A DNA stretch of 64,000 nucleotides, from NCBI RefSeq assembly GCF_006345805.1, contig NC_043015.1, positions 30,070,001 to 30,134,000 on the forward strand, given 5' to 3'. Position 1 is the first letter of the stretch; each line of letters starts with the position of its first letter. Under the pieces are notes generated by a model, which did not search any database, was not told where the DNA came from, and saw only the letters and a program-made list of their open reading frames with translations. This DNA comes from Octopus sinensis. Lineage: Eukaryota. Shown piece by piece: positions 39,714 to 54,688 of this stretch. A program made the position numbers and the translations under genes.

Positions 39714-39995
39714 AGGCGGCGAGCTGGCCGAATCATTAGCATGCCGGGCAAAATGCTTAGCGGTATTCCATCTGCCGCTACGTTCTGAGTTCAAATTCCG
39801 CCAAGGTCAACTTTGCCTTTCATCCTTTCGGGGTCGATAAATTAAGTACCAGTTATGCACTGGGGTCGATATAATCGACTTAATCCGTTTGTCTGTCCTT
39901 GTTTGTCCCCTCTGTGTTTAGCCCCTTGTGGGCAGTACAGAAATAGGTATTTTGTCTGTCCTTACATTCTGAGTTCAAATTCCATTGAGGCCAAC
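39714..39995 (+). mobile_element. SINE family B, monomer plus start of a second unit
   Basis: Junction at about 39945. Confidence 0.85.
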
Positions 39996-40095
39996 TCTGA
40001 TGCTGATAAAATAACTACCAGTCAAACACTGGGGTTGATATAACTGACTAGCCCCCTTTCCCAAAATTACAGGCCCTGTGCCTATAGTAGAAAGG

Positions 40096-40130
<35 letters not shown>

Positions 40131-40269
40131 TTTTGTTCTTCATGCACAAGTATGTGTGTATTCATTATTATTTTATTTATTTTATTCAACTTTAGAAAAA
40201 TTGAAGTAAGGCTTTGACAATTCTGCAGCATATTTAAATTATTTTGTGCATGACCTTTGGCCCACCCAG

Positions 40270-40317
<48 letters not shown>

Positions 40318-40519
40318 CACGCATGTGCATGTGCATGCCGTCTCCCACTGCTTGACGACGGGCGTTGTTGGCAAAAGAGACTGTGGCAGAAGAAGCACCA
40401 GACTCAAAGGATAAGTTTCTGGGAGTCCGTCTGTTCGACTGAGACCCTTCGAGGCAGTGCCCCAGCATGGCTGCAGTCCAATGACTGAAACAAGCAAAAG
40501 ACAAACAACAAAAAAGATT

Positions 40520-40558
40520 ACCATCACCACCACCACCACCACCACCACCACCACCACC

Positions 40559-40607
<49 letters not shown>

Positions 40608-40620
40608 ATATCAATATCCC
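40520..40620. repeat. (CAC)n-(CAT)n compound trinucleotide repeat
   Basis: Direct inspection. Confidence 0.9.
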
Positions 40621-41137
40621 TATTATCACTTTGCAATTAGCATCATCATCATCAGAGTCATCATAGCCATAGCCACTGCTCTCCTTATTGTCACTCCTAA
40701 AAATATTGCCCTCTCACACCACTACCAATATGAACATCGTCATGAGATTTTGGGGTTAAAAGATAGATCGTACTTTTTTTTTTAGTCAAGTAGTTGGAGT
40801 AGAGGGAAGGCGGTTGGTAGTGGTGAGGGGTAAAGGATAGGGTCAGTGTCTATGGTTTTTGTAAGTAATCTCAAGACTAGTGAGGTTCCAGTATCATTGA
40901 GAGGTGTGGTTTGACTTTTCAGTGGTCAGTACATACAGGGTTTAAAAAATGGGACGAGGGCAAGAAGGAAAGGCAGAGAGAGACAGATAGACAGACAGAC
41001 AGACAGAGACAGAGAGAATCGTAGAGGAATCTAGAGAGTAGAAAATAATAAAAAGCAAAACAGAAAGATAGGATTATGAAATATACTGGTTTCTTTATAC
41101 TTTTAGACTTTTAGTTCTACTACTAGCAATATCACTT

Positions 41138-41372
41138 AGGCGGCGAGCTGGCAGAAACGTTAGCGCACCGGGTGAAATGCTTAGCGGTATTTCATCTGCC
41201 GCTACGTTCTGAGTTCAAATTTCGTCGAGGTCGACTTTGCCTTTCAATCTTTCAGGGTCGATAAATAAAGTACCAGTTACGCACTGGGGTCTATATCATC
41301 GACTTAATCCCTTTGTCTGTCCTTGTTTGTCCCCTCTATGTTTAGCCCCTTGTGAGCAATAAATAAATAAAT
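41138..41372 (+). mobile_element. SINE family B, monomer
   Basis: Consensus homology. Confidence 0.88.
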
Positions 41373-41409
41373 AAATATATGCTGTGCTGGGAAACATTTG
41401 CAGAATTGA

Positions 41410-42053
41410 TTAGCTGTGTGGTAAGTAGCTTGCTTACCAGCCACATGGTTCCGGGTTCAGTCCCACTGTGTGGCACCTTGGGCAAGTGTCTTCTACTATA
41501 GCCTCAGGCCGACCAAAGCCTTGTGAGTGGATTTGGCAGACGGAAACTGAAAGAAGCCCATCGTATATATATATATATATATCAACCAATTGTGGCTGCT
41601 GCCAACCTCCCCTGACACCTGTGCCGGTGGCATGTAAAAAGCACCCACTACACTCACGGAGTGGTTGGCGTTAAGAAGGGCATCCAGCAGTAGAAACACT
41701 GCCAGACCAGACTGGAGCCCGGTGCAGCCTCCTGGCTTCCCAGACCCTGGTCAAACCGTCCAACCCATGCTAGCACGGAAAACGGACGTTAAACGATGAT
41801 GATGATGATATATATGTATATATATATATATATGTATATATGTGTGTGCATGTGTTTGTGTGTCTGCGTTTGTCCCCCACCAACATCGCTTGACAACCGA
41901 TGCTGGTGTGTTTATGTCCCTGTTACATAGCGGTTCGGCAAAAGAGACCGATAGAATAAGTACTAGGCTTACAAAGAATAAATCCTGAGGTCGATTTGCT
42001 CGACTAAAGGCGGTACTCCAGCAAGGCCAGAGTCAAATGACTGAAACAAGTAA
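41410..42053 (+). mobile_element. SINE family A with a family C SINE (about 41585-41808) nested in its internal TA tract
   Basis: A-family halves resume on either side of the C element. Confidence 0.85.
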
Positions 42054-42388
42054 GGGTTTGCATGAACACACTAATGATAATTAATCAGCAAACTTCATTA
42101 ATCCTCTCAAATTTATTATTCTGTTATTCTGTACTTTGTTTCAGTCATTAGGGTTTTAATTGAACAAAACAACCCCAAGACATACACTTTGTAAGCCCAG
42201 TACTTATTTTATCGGCCTCTTTGGCCAAACCACTAAGTTACAGGGATATAAACACATCAACATCTGTTGTTAAGTGATGATGGGTGGGGAGACAAATACA
42301 CAGTTACATACACACACACACATATACATATATACATACACACACGCTCACATATATATAATAAATAGTAAATAATATATAATACATA

Positions 42389-42439
<51 letters not shown>

Positions 42440-42554
42440 ATTTATTACATATATATATATATAATATATTATACACACACACACATATATATATATAATT
42501 TGATTTAACACTAAATTGAATTTTTCCCTGTAAGTTTGGAGTATTACTCCCTAA

Positions 42555-42596
<42 letters not shown>

Positions 42597-42800
42597 TTGA
42601 TCCCCTCCATTTTCTTATTGCAATATAAATTAAGTGTAAAATATCTCTTTACCTTCACCCATTTATTACACTGGGTAATGTAATTGCTATGCAATGAAAA
42701 ACACACTTGAGTATTAATAATTGGGTATTCTACCAGCAGTATACTGGATAGATATTATCCCTTGGTTGGCTAGATTCACAACCTCTAACTCTCTTGGAAT

Positions 42801-42839
<39 letters not shown>

Positions 42840-43197
42840 ATATATATAATAGTCTTCTTTCAGTTTCCATCTACCAAATCTACTTACAAAGCTTAGGTTG
42901 GCCTGAGGCTAAAATAGAAGGCACTTGTCCAAGGTGTCAGATAGTGGGACTAAACCAGAAGCAAGCTTCTTATTTCACAGCTACACCTTCACTTATGAAA
43001 CTTAGTTTTAACTTCAACCCTTCACTATTTTGAAAACATGCAGAACTTAAATTATAACATATTTACTCATGCAACTAAAATCCCTCCCTAAATAGACTGG
43101 CCTTTTGCTAAAATTTTAAACCATTATTATTACTGTTATAATGAAAAAGTGTTTATTCTGATTGTATGAACAGGCCTGTGAGGGTGGCACAGGTGTT

Positions 43198-43378
43198 AAA
43201 ATAGGATAAAATCTTTATAAGGATTTATCGAGTACTTAACGTGAAAAACCTCATAAGGGAAAAATCCATCAATTATTCATCTTAAATAGATTTATTTATA
43301 TTAAGGGCATTACTATACATAATTGCCTCACGCTAAAAGGGATTCTTACAGAGTCTTATAAAGATTTTATCCTATTTT
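43198..43378. mobile_element. AT-rich fold-back/MITE-like element
   Basis: Perfect 24-bp IR AAAATAGGATAAAATCTTTATAAG. Confidence 0.55.
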
Positions 43379-43976
43379 TCAATTGTAAATTTAACCGGAA
43401 TATATTCAGTGCTGAATTTTATTCTGAATACCTGGTTTCAAGTTCTCGAATCTTTTTACACAGGCTACCAGCAAAGGTTCCAGTAAGGCGACATTGGTAA
43501 CGATCATGCTCAAATGGTGCCCTTTTACGTGCCACCGAGACTTTTGGAAATATGCTGTGCTTGCAAAGACCTGGCAAGCCAAATGAAACCATAACCTGTG
43601 GCCCATGCCAGGAGCATAACCAGCCCGCTTATGCGTACCTTTTCCTTCCTTGGACACTAAACTCTGCTTGCGAAGACCTGTTGAGGCAAGTGAAATCAAA
43701 ATCACAATTGATGACTGGCATCCGTACTAGCGGGGTGCAAAGAGCACCATACGAGCATGATCGTTGACAGAGCGGCTAACCAGCTTCCGTGCCAGTGACA
43801 CATAAAAGGCACCATTCGAGTGTGATCGTTACCAGATTGTTACCTGGTTTCAAGTTCTATCCCACTGTGTAGCACTTTGGGTTAAGTTCTACAATATCTC
43901 TGGGTCAACCAAAACCTTGTGTGTGGATTTTGTTGATGGAAACTGAATGAAGATCATCTTACACACATGCACATAT

Positions 43977-44471
43977 ATTCAATCTTTTATCTTTTACTTG
44001 TTTGAGTCTTTAATCTTTTATCTTTTACTTGCTTCAGTCTTTAATCTTTTATCTTTTACTTGCTTCAGTCTTTAATCTTTTATCTTTTACTTGCTTCAGT
44101 CTTTAATCTTTTATCTTTTACTTGCTTCAGTCTTTAATCTTTTATCTTTTACTTGCTTCAGTCTTTAATCTTTTATCTTTTACTTGTTTCAGTCTTTAAT
44201 CTTTTATCTTTTACTTGTTTCAGTCTTTAATCTTTTATCTTTTACTTGCTTCAGTCTTTAATCTTTTATCTTTTACTTGCTTCAGTCTTTAATCTTTTAT
44301 CTTTTACTTGCTTCAGTCTTTAATCTTTTATCTTTTACTTGTTTCAGTCTTTAATCTTTTATCTTTTACTTGCTTCAGTCTTTAATCTTTTATTTTTTAT
44401 TTGCTTCAGTCTTTAATCTTTTATCTTTTACTTGCTTCAGTCTTTAATCTTTTATCTTTTACTTGTTTCAG
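43977..44471 (+). repeat. 31-bp tandem array, 16 copies
   Basis: Unit tctttaatcttttatcttttacttg(c/t)ttcag; 44007-44471 is exactly 15 x 31. Confidence 0.95.
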
Positions 44472-44845
44472 TCATGCTGGGGCACTGCCTTGAAGAATTT
44501 TTAGTTAAATGAACCGATTCCAGTATTTAATTGCTTTTGCTAAGTCTGACACTTATTCTATTGGTCTCTTTTGCCAAACTGTTAAGTTACAGGGATGTAA
44601 ACACATCAGTGCCGGTTGCCAAGTGGTGGTGGGGAACAAATCCTGACACAGACCCTCCCCCCACTATATATATATATATATATATATAAAAGATTATATT
44701 ATATATGACAGGCTTCTTTCAGTTTCTGTGTACCAATTCACTCACAAGGCTTTGGTCGGCCTGAGGCTATAGTAGAACACACGTGCCCTAGGTACAACGC
44801 AGTGGGACTGAACCTGGAATGATGTAGTTGGAAAGCAAGCTTCTT
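44445..44845 (-). mobile_element. SINE family A, older copy; its tail seeds the 31-bp array
   Basis: Homology to 18-403. Confidence 0.8.
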
Positions 44846-45354
44846 CCTATACACACACACATTTATAGATGTATATATATATATATAGCGATGTATGAGT
44901 GCGTGCGAATGTGTGTGTGCTCCAAAAATATTTCATTCTTTTTTTGTCATCTGCAATTTCCCACCCAACCACATATCCTCCTATCCTGGAAAAAGAAAAG
45001 ACACAGTGAAAGTAAAACCATAGGATTGACTTTATCGTTCATCCTTGTTCGATAAATACCAGTTATATGTTATGATAACTTCAGTGACTTACGTCTCTCT
45101 ACTGCAAATCTAAGTCAATCTGTAAATTTGTATATACTAAGGGAGGCTACTCTTACTAACAGACTAGACTTTCTCCAAAGTCTTACATTGAACATGGAAA
45201 TTGCATGTTAAATGATTCTGCCTTACCCTGATGGCATATGATTCCCATTTAAGTTTTTAGAAGTGTTTCTTTCATGAAATTTTTCTTCATCTAATTATGA
45301 CGATAGAACACGTTTCAACGAACGCGTTTTTAAGGTAACTTATTTATATATATA

Positions 45355-45587
45355 TATTTCTTTACTACCCACAAGGGGCTAAACACAGAGGGGACAAACC
45401 AGGACAGACAAACGGATTAAGTCGATTACATCGACCCCAGTGCGCAACTGGTACTTAATTTATCGACCCCGAAAGGATGAAAGGCAAAGTCGACCTCGGC
45501 GGAATTTGAACCCAGAACGTAACGGCAGACGAAATACGTCTACGCATTTCGCCCGGCGTGCTAACGTTTCTGCCAGTTCTCCGCCGA
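45355..45587 (-). mobile_element. SINE family B, monomer
   Basis: Consensus homology. Confidence 0.9.
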
Positions 45588-45864
45588 GTATTTATACTCG
45601 GGTTATGCCGATCCCAAATGTATCCATTTTTCTAATTATCTTATCAGTCACCCAGCTGCAGGTCAGCCAGGATGCAACAGACCTATGATCCAAAATCGTT
45701 TCTCTAGTGATCCTGTTTTTATTTTTACTAATTTTCCCCCCCAGATATAGTGTACCTAGGACAACATTATCCATTTTAAAGATGCTACACACACACACCT
45801 TTTATAGCAAATCGGCTTACCAGCAAATTGCTAATTGAGATGGTCAGTGGTCCTCAATGCATCG

Positions 45865-45985
45865 CGTATCCCAGATCTGGTGTCCTCCAGCTTTCACTCG
45901 GTCGGTCTTATGAAGGACAATCGTCGAAGCGAAAGATTTGTTGACACAGACGAGGTGAAATTGGTTGTGAAGAAGGGTGTACAAT
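45865..45985 (+). mobile_element. Highly degraded mariner transposase C-terminal fragment
   Basis: PDLVSSSFHSVGLMK...RF.D.DEVK resembles the mariner PDLAPSDFHLF..LK...RF...EEVK motif. Confidence 0.4.
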
Positions 45986-46312
45986 TCTTTTTAAATTTCT
46001 TCTAATAATATTAAAATTTCATCGGATTATTTTTTTTAAATGTTGTTTTGCATGCTGACGTAGAAAAAAAAAAAAAAAAAAAAAAAATTGGGGAAATTTT
46101 GAAAATACTTCAAGTGGTTAGAGGAAATTTAACAAGATCCATGAGTACTACTTTATATTTTCAAACAGGCCTCAAGAGCTGGCTTCAATGATGGGGCAGG
46201 CGTATTGCTTGCGATGGAGACAATGTTAAGTAGTATCTTTGTATAGTCTCTACTAACATGTTAAGTGAAATTTGGCGATTGAGGATCGAATCAACACCAT
46301 GCCTGCATGATC

Positions 46313-46345
<33 letters not shown>

Positions 46346-46418
46346 AAAAACTCTGAAAACTGTTGAGACTTTTGAAGCCGCTGCAACAGATGTGTGCTCT
46401 CATACACACACACACACT

Positions 46419-46449
<31 letters not shown>

Positions 46450-46499
46450 TACGCACACTCCCTCGCACAAACTTAAGCATACTCAAGTGGTAGAGTTAA

Positions 46500-47932
46500 T
46501 TCGTTGTCAACTTAAATACCTGCAGCTGATCTGTTGCAAGCACTCAGGCCAGCTTTCCGGTTTGAGAGCGACGTGTTACGTTCCTCTGAAATTGCTTATC
46601 ATACCCCTCAAACTCCCACACCGTTTTGGCATCCACACAGCTGTATCTAGGAAAATAACCACTTATGTTTTCATTGCTGGTGGCTTCAGTTACCCTGAGA
46701 TTGACCGGGAAACATTTCGTCGACTTCAAAGTGTAAATGATTTCTGAGATTTAGTGCTGGATTTGATCTGGTCCCAAGTTGTCACATTCCCCACAAAAGG
46801 TATCAATATTTTGGATCTGCTCTTTACCATTACCTCTGAAACGGTTATCAGTGTCCCTGCCAAAAGACCTTTGGGCAACTCTGATCATGCTATGATCATT
46901 GCCAATCTGTCTCTTATGGGCAGAAACAAGAACCACCATCACCTCCAAACTACTCTCTTTGACTTATGCAAATTGTGCTATGATTTCAGTAATTTCCCTT
47001 GACATGAAGGGCATGTACATTGATGATCAGTGGCCATTTCGAATAACATACGTTTAATCGAGGGTGTCTTAGCATCAACCAATAAGTCCTTTGTCAGCTG
47101 CTCTCCAGCTTTCTATTTAAAGCTGTATATGCCAGTAGTATGTTTACATTTAGAGTTTGCATCACCAGTCTAGAACCCCTGTCTTGCTCAGCAAATCAAT
47201 CCCCTGGAAACTGTTCAGAAACGTGTAACCAGACGGATACCCGCCATCAGGCATCAACCATACTTTGAACGTTTTGCTTCTCTAGGCAAGGACACATTAA
47301 ATCTCCGACGTCTGGCAACTGACTTGTTAGACACCCACAAGATTATTGACCATCTTTCCAACAACAACCTTGACACCTTTTTGAATTGTGTACGTCTAAC
47401 ACGCGTGGACATGCTTACAAAATCAATAAACAACGCAGCATCCATGAAAACTCGGAAACATGTTTCACGCCCAGAATTGCTGAAGCGTGGAATAAACAAC
47501 TCGCATCAGCCGCTAGCAGTCAGGATGCTGCATCCTTTAAAACTTCCATGCTTCCTGAAATTTACCAACCGTGCACTTCATGCCTTTCTTTCTTAACCCT
47601 TTAGCATTCAGATTACTCTGTCAAATGTAAAGCCTGTTTAATTACATTGTTTTAAATTAATTGTATAGCATCTTGTAACTCTGAGATTTTGATGATGTCC
47701 CTGTTTAATTTTAGAACGACTTTGTAGGGTAGGTGTGAGAGGTCAGAGCTGGCTGGTTTGAGCATAAAACAGGAAGGCAATTTTGGCCTGATATGGCCGG
47801 TTTAAACACTAAAGGGTTAAACGACTCACTTCCTGTGCATTATTCCACGTACTGTCCATGCACTTTTGGTTAATTTTCCTAATGTATTGTAATAACCTGA
47901 GCACTGTATACAATAAGTACATTATTATTTTT
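46500..47932 (+). mobile_element. Degenerate CR1/L2-type LINE: APE endonuclease remnant joined to the ORF2 C-terminus; 3'UTR split by a MITE
   Basis: GGFSYPEID, PTKGINILDLLFT and PLGNSDHAMI (APE motifs). 47250-47570 is homologous to 7926-8230. The tail resumes at 47821. Confidence 0.75.
47597..47816. mobile_element. piggyBac-type MITE (family P2), 220 bp
   Basis: TTAA|CCCTTTAG...CTAAAGGG|TTAA; interrupts the LINE 3'UTR. Confidence 0.85.
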
Positions 47933-48015
47933 AATTGCAGCGTGGAAGGTGTTTATAAGCCATTTAAGAAACACACAAAAACCGTTAGATTCACTTCAAC
48001 GTTTAAATTTAATTT

Positions 48016-48060
48016 GTCAAAATATTTTCGTCGCTTTGAGACCGCGACCTGTTCACTGAC
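48016..48060 (-). ncRNA. Minimal type-I hammerhead-like motif, family 2 (G3-C8 swapped core)
   Basis: GUCA-GUGAACAG-GUCGC(GGUCUCAAA)GCGAC-GAA-AAUAUU-U-UGAC. Stems I and II are perfect and stem III is a 6-nt palindrome. Confidence 0.55.
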
Positions 48061-48500
48061 ACATAAAGAATTATGAATTCCTTCTTCTAGAGGCACAAGG
48101 ACTGAAATTTTGTTGGCGGGGACTTATCGATTACATCGATCTCAGTGCTTGACTGGTATTTATTTTTATCAGCCCCGAAAGGAATGAAAGGCAAGGTCGA
48201 CCTCGATGTAAGGGATAATATGCATAATTCAATGATATAGATGTGTGCGTGTTATGTAAACCATTTTAAAGGGTTTAGATCTATGAGAGAGAGAGAGAGA
48301 ATAAAAGAAAGAGAGAGCGTCAAAGAGATGAGAGAAAGAGTAAGAGATAAATAGCAGGAGTAATAAAACAAGAAAGAGAGAGATAGAGAAAGAAAGGGAT
48401 GAAGAAAGAAGAGAAGAAAACGAGCCTTTGAAATCAATAAATGGAAGTTTTCTGCAGATTCAAATCAAAAAGGGAGAGAGTTAAATAGCAGGAGTGAGAA

Positions 48501-48546
<46 letters not shown>

Positions 48547-49143
48547 AAAAAAGAACGGAAGAAAAGAAAAGAAGAAAGAAAGAAAGCTTTTGAAATCAAT
48601 AAGTTTTCTGCTGATTCAAATAAAAAAAAGGGAAGCTAGGCTAGACAGTAAAAAGGGAGAAAAAGAAGCAGATCTTTGTTGTGTATCATTTGAAGTTGAC
48701 CTGCCCGAATTGAGGTCATTCTACCTCACGTGTTACAACCAATCAACGAATTTTTTTTCCGTCAGAAATTTATTTATTTATTCACGTTTTTTGATTACTT
48801 GGAAGAATTCGTACCAAGTCGTAATCCCCCCCATACACCATACCTCACACAAATTATACAAAATAAAGAACAAATTCAAATTGTCTTATTGTACATAGAA
48901 ATGTCTGCTGGCATATCAGCCTCTCTATATCTACCGACACCGTTCTATGTTTATCTGACAGCCTAGCTGTCTCTATTTAATATGATTGGTTGTTCTACTT
49001 TCATTTTATTATTATTATTCTTGTAGCTTTATCTCATTCTATTCTATTTCAATGCATATGCGTGCATATGTAAGAACGTTATTGTATTCACTCCAGCCTA
49101 TACATCTATGCATGTTAGTTAGGCGAAAGATAGGCATATACAC

Positions 49144-51631
<2,488 letters not shown>

Positions 51632-53190
51632 CAGGGTACGGACAGTATTTGAGGACAGATTTATTGTTTAAAAAATAACGCTTATATAATAACAGAAAAA
51701 AAACTGTATTTTTATAAAACTAACATAAAGCTAAATTATCAATTTCATAATTTCATTCAATAAACCCATCATAAGCATCAATAACTGCCACTACGCGGGG
51801 TCGTAATCGTTTACAAGCTCGGATTAAGTAGTCCTTGTTCATATCGGACATGACTTGAACTATGGCGGCTTTCAAATAATCTTTAGTGCTATGGGGGTAT
51901 TCATTAACATTTTCCCCAATGGTACTCTATATCTAGTAGTCCAGTGCATTGAGATCTGGAGAATTAGGAGGCCAAATGTTGGGGGTGGTGTGTCATTTGA
52001 GCTTTGTGTTGGTGGTGCAGAATCTTGTTGAAAGACATAAGGCCTTCCTTCCATTGCATACACTTTGATCCAAGGCTTAACAATTTTATCCAGAACCTCA
52101 ATATACGCAGCAGCATTCATCCTAAGGCCTTGTGAAAAAAAGTGAAGTGGCATCACATATCCTTCATTGCTAACAATACCTAAAACTATGACACTTGCAG
52201 GAAATTTTGTGTGCATTACTCTTGGAACCTCAGAAGGATCTGCACATAGCCATCTGTCATTTCTTCTGTTAGCTTTCTGATCCTGGTCAAAGTTTTTCTC
52301 ATCTGAGAAAAACCAAATCACACCATCTTCTGATGGATTTTTAAGTTTGTTCAAGAGTCTTTTGGATCTGATTAAACGGTTTTCTTTTTTCTTTTTTTTT
52401 CTGACACGAACGTGGCCGATGCCAGCGCCGCCTCGACTGGCTTCCGTGCCGGTGGCACGTAAAAAGCACCAATCCGATCGTGGCCGTTGCCAGCCCCACC
52501 TGACACCTGTGCCGGTGGCACGTAAAAAGCACCCACTACACTCACGGGGTGGTTGGCGTTAGGAAGGGCATCCAGCTGTAGAAACACTGCCAGATCAGAC
52601 TGGAGCCTGGTGCAGCCTTCTGGCTTCCCAGATCCCTGGTCGAACCGTCCAACCCATGCTAGCATGGAAAGCGGACGTTAAACGATGATGATGATGATGA
52701 TGATGATGAATTGCCCTCTCCTCATCATGTAAGATTTGTATCTGATGTCTTCATGCACAACATGTCTGATTGTTTATTCTGACACAATTCTTATTTATAA
52801 TGGATTTCATTGATTTTCCTGGATTATCTTCCTGAATTGAAGACAATGCTCTGATTATCAGGACACCTGAATTACTTAACTTCCTGAATAAATTCAGGTG
52901 TCCTGATAACCAGAGCGCTTGGAAAGTATTTTTCGTTTTGATACAGGTAATTCGCTTCTGTCTTCTGTCTCTAACTCACACCGAATCTTGTGGACAAAAG
53001 ATCTTTCAGAGAACGAGAACTTTCTAAATCACCATGATAAGCCTTCAAAGCGACAATGACAGCATGCCTTTTCATTTCATTAGTAAGCATAGGGCCTGTC
53101 ATTATTATTTTCTGAAATAGAAGTTCAATAAAAGAATTAGTCAAAAAGAGACTAAAAATGCATATGTCCTCAAATACCGTCCGCACCCTG
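51632..53190 (-). mobile_element. Full-length degenerate Tc1/mariner transposon, maT (DD37D)-like
   Basis: 26-bp TIRs CAGGGT(A/G)CGGAC(A/G)GTATTTGAGGACA, with TA at left and TC at right. Transposase remnants: MKRHAVIVALK, HEDIRYKSY, WFFSDEKNF, FQQDSAP, PNSPDLN.LDY. Frameshifted. Confidence 0.9.
52403..52708 (+). mobile_element. SINE family C inserted in the maT transposase ORF
   Basis: Interrupts codons ...RRGQF|MSEK... of the transposase. Confidence 0.88.
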
Positions 53191-53195
53191 TCCAT

Positions 53196-53395
53196 ATAGT
53201 TCAAATTTAAAGAAAACAAAATATGAAGACAGGTGAGGGAACAACATGTAAGTGTATTAGTTTGACGCTCGGGAAGAATGGAAAAGTCTTTGATGTTTCG
53301 AGTCTATGCTCTTCGACAGAAAGGAGTGAGAGGAAATAATTAAGAGAGAATGACCCCCCCCCAAAAAAAAACGGAGAAAGAAAAATGTGTAGGGA
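53196..53395 (-). mobile_element. Hammerhead-bearing repeat copy abutting the maT transposon end
   Basis: Colinear with 22628-22822; ends in (TA)n. Confidence 0.55.
53288..53323 (-). ncRNA. Hammerhead-like motif family 1
   Basis: CUUU-CUGUCGAA-GAGC(AUAG)ACUC-GAA-ACAU-C-AAAG. The palindrome is broken by one substitution. Confidence 0.45.
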
Positions 53396-53559
53396 TTATA
53401 TATATATATATATATATTATGGCTGCCCCCTCGTTATCGAGTATGGCCATTGCACGAAGCTTAACTGTTACTGGTGCTGTGATCGAATGTGACTTTTTAT
53501 ACGTACATACACACACACCGTCAGTCAGAGTTAGGCAGACAGATACACACACACAGACA

Positions 53560-53609
53560 TAAACAGACAGATAGATAGGCAGACAGACAGACAAATAGAT
53601 AGAATGTAT

Positions 53610-53668
<59 letters not shown>

Positions 53669-53944
53669 GGATAAATAGATAGATAGATAGATAGATAGAT
53701 AGACAGATAGAGATAGAGAGAGTGAGAGACAAACAGACGGATAAATAGATAGATAGAGAGGGAGAGAGAGAATGACAGACAAACGGATAGATAGATTGAC
53801 AGACAGATAGATAGACAGACATAGACGGATAGATAGGTAGATAGATAGATGGATGGGTAGATAGATAGATAGATAGATAGATACATAGATAGATAGATAG
53901 ATAGATAGATGGATGGGTAGATAGATAGATAGATAGATAGATAC

Positions 53945-53975
<31 letters not shown>

Positions 53976-54183
53976 GATAGATAGATAGATAGACGGATGG
54001 ATGGATAGATAGATAGAGAGGGAGAGAGAGAATGACAGAGACAGACAAACGGATAGATAGATTGACAGACAGATAGATAGAAAGACAGACAAACAAACGG
54101 ATAGCTAGATACATGGAGAGACAGACATAAACGGGTAGATAGATAGATAGATATATGGATGGATGGATGGATAGATGGATGGG

Positions 54184-54223
<40 letters not shown>

Positions 54224-54224
54224 G

Positions 54225-54273
<49 letters not shown>

Positions 54274-54302
54274 CATATATGCAGACAGATAGATAGATAG
54301 AT
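53560..54302. repeat. (GATA/GACA)n microsatellite upstream of NACHO
   Basis: Direct inspection. Confidence 0.95.
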
Positions 54303-54472
54303 GAAAGTGGCTACATCTGATTCCAGAGACAAATCTTTATCGTTATATAAATGGATAGACTGTTGCGTGGTTAGTGAGACAGCTACACCCACAAGAGAAC
54401 ACCATTATTCTAAACCGAACACAAGCACACTTACACACAATTATGGACAATTTAGAAGATTTACAGATGGCA

Positions 54473-54508
<36 letters not shown>

Positions 54509-54609
54509 AACAACACAACAATAATAATAACAACAATAACAAAAACCAAAAATAAATAACAGAAGCTGAAAAAATAAAGTGAAAACAAATAAAAATATTC
54601 ATGTTTTTC

Positions 54610-54661
54610 GACCAATCAGATGGGAGTATTTATTGCAGCCCGGTGTGCACTTACCGGAAGT
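54610..54661 (+). promoter_or_regulatory. Proximal promoter of TMEM35/NACHO: CCAAT box and ETS site
   Basis: GACCAATCAG at 54610-19 (NF-Y consensus) and ACCGGAAGT at 54653-61 (ETS/GABP consensus), 28-80 nt upstream of the ATG. Confidence 0.6.
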
Positions 54662-54688
54662 CATCCTAATTCGTCTTTCCTCGCCAAG

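Noticed and set aside
45295-45335. Third hammerhead-like motif (UGACGA...GAACGCGU)
   Set aside because: Stem II is poor and GAAA is incomplete; too degenerate to support.
54620-54688. Upstream in-frame ATG extending NACHO by 23 aa
   Set aside because: It lies among the promoter motifs, and homology starts at the ATG at 54689, which has the better context.
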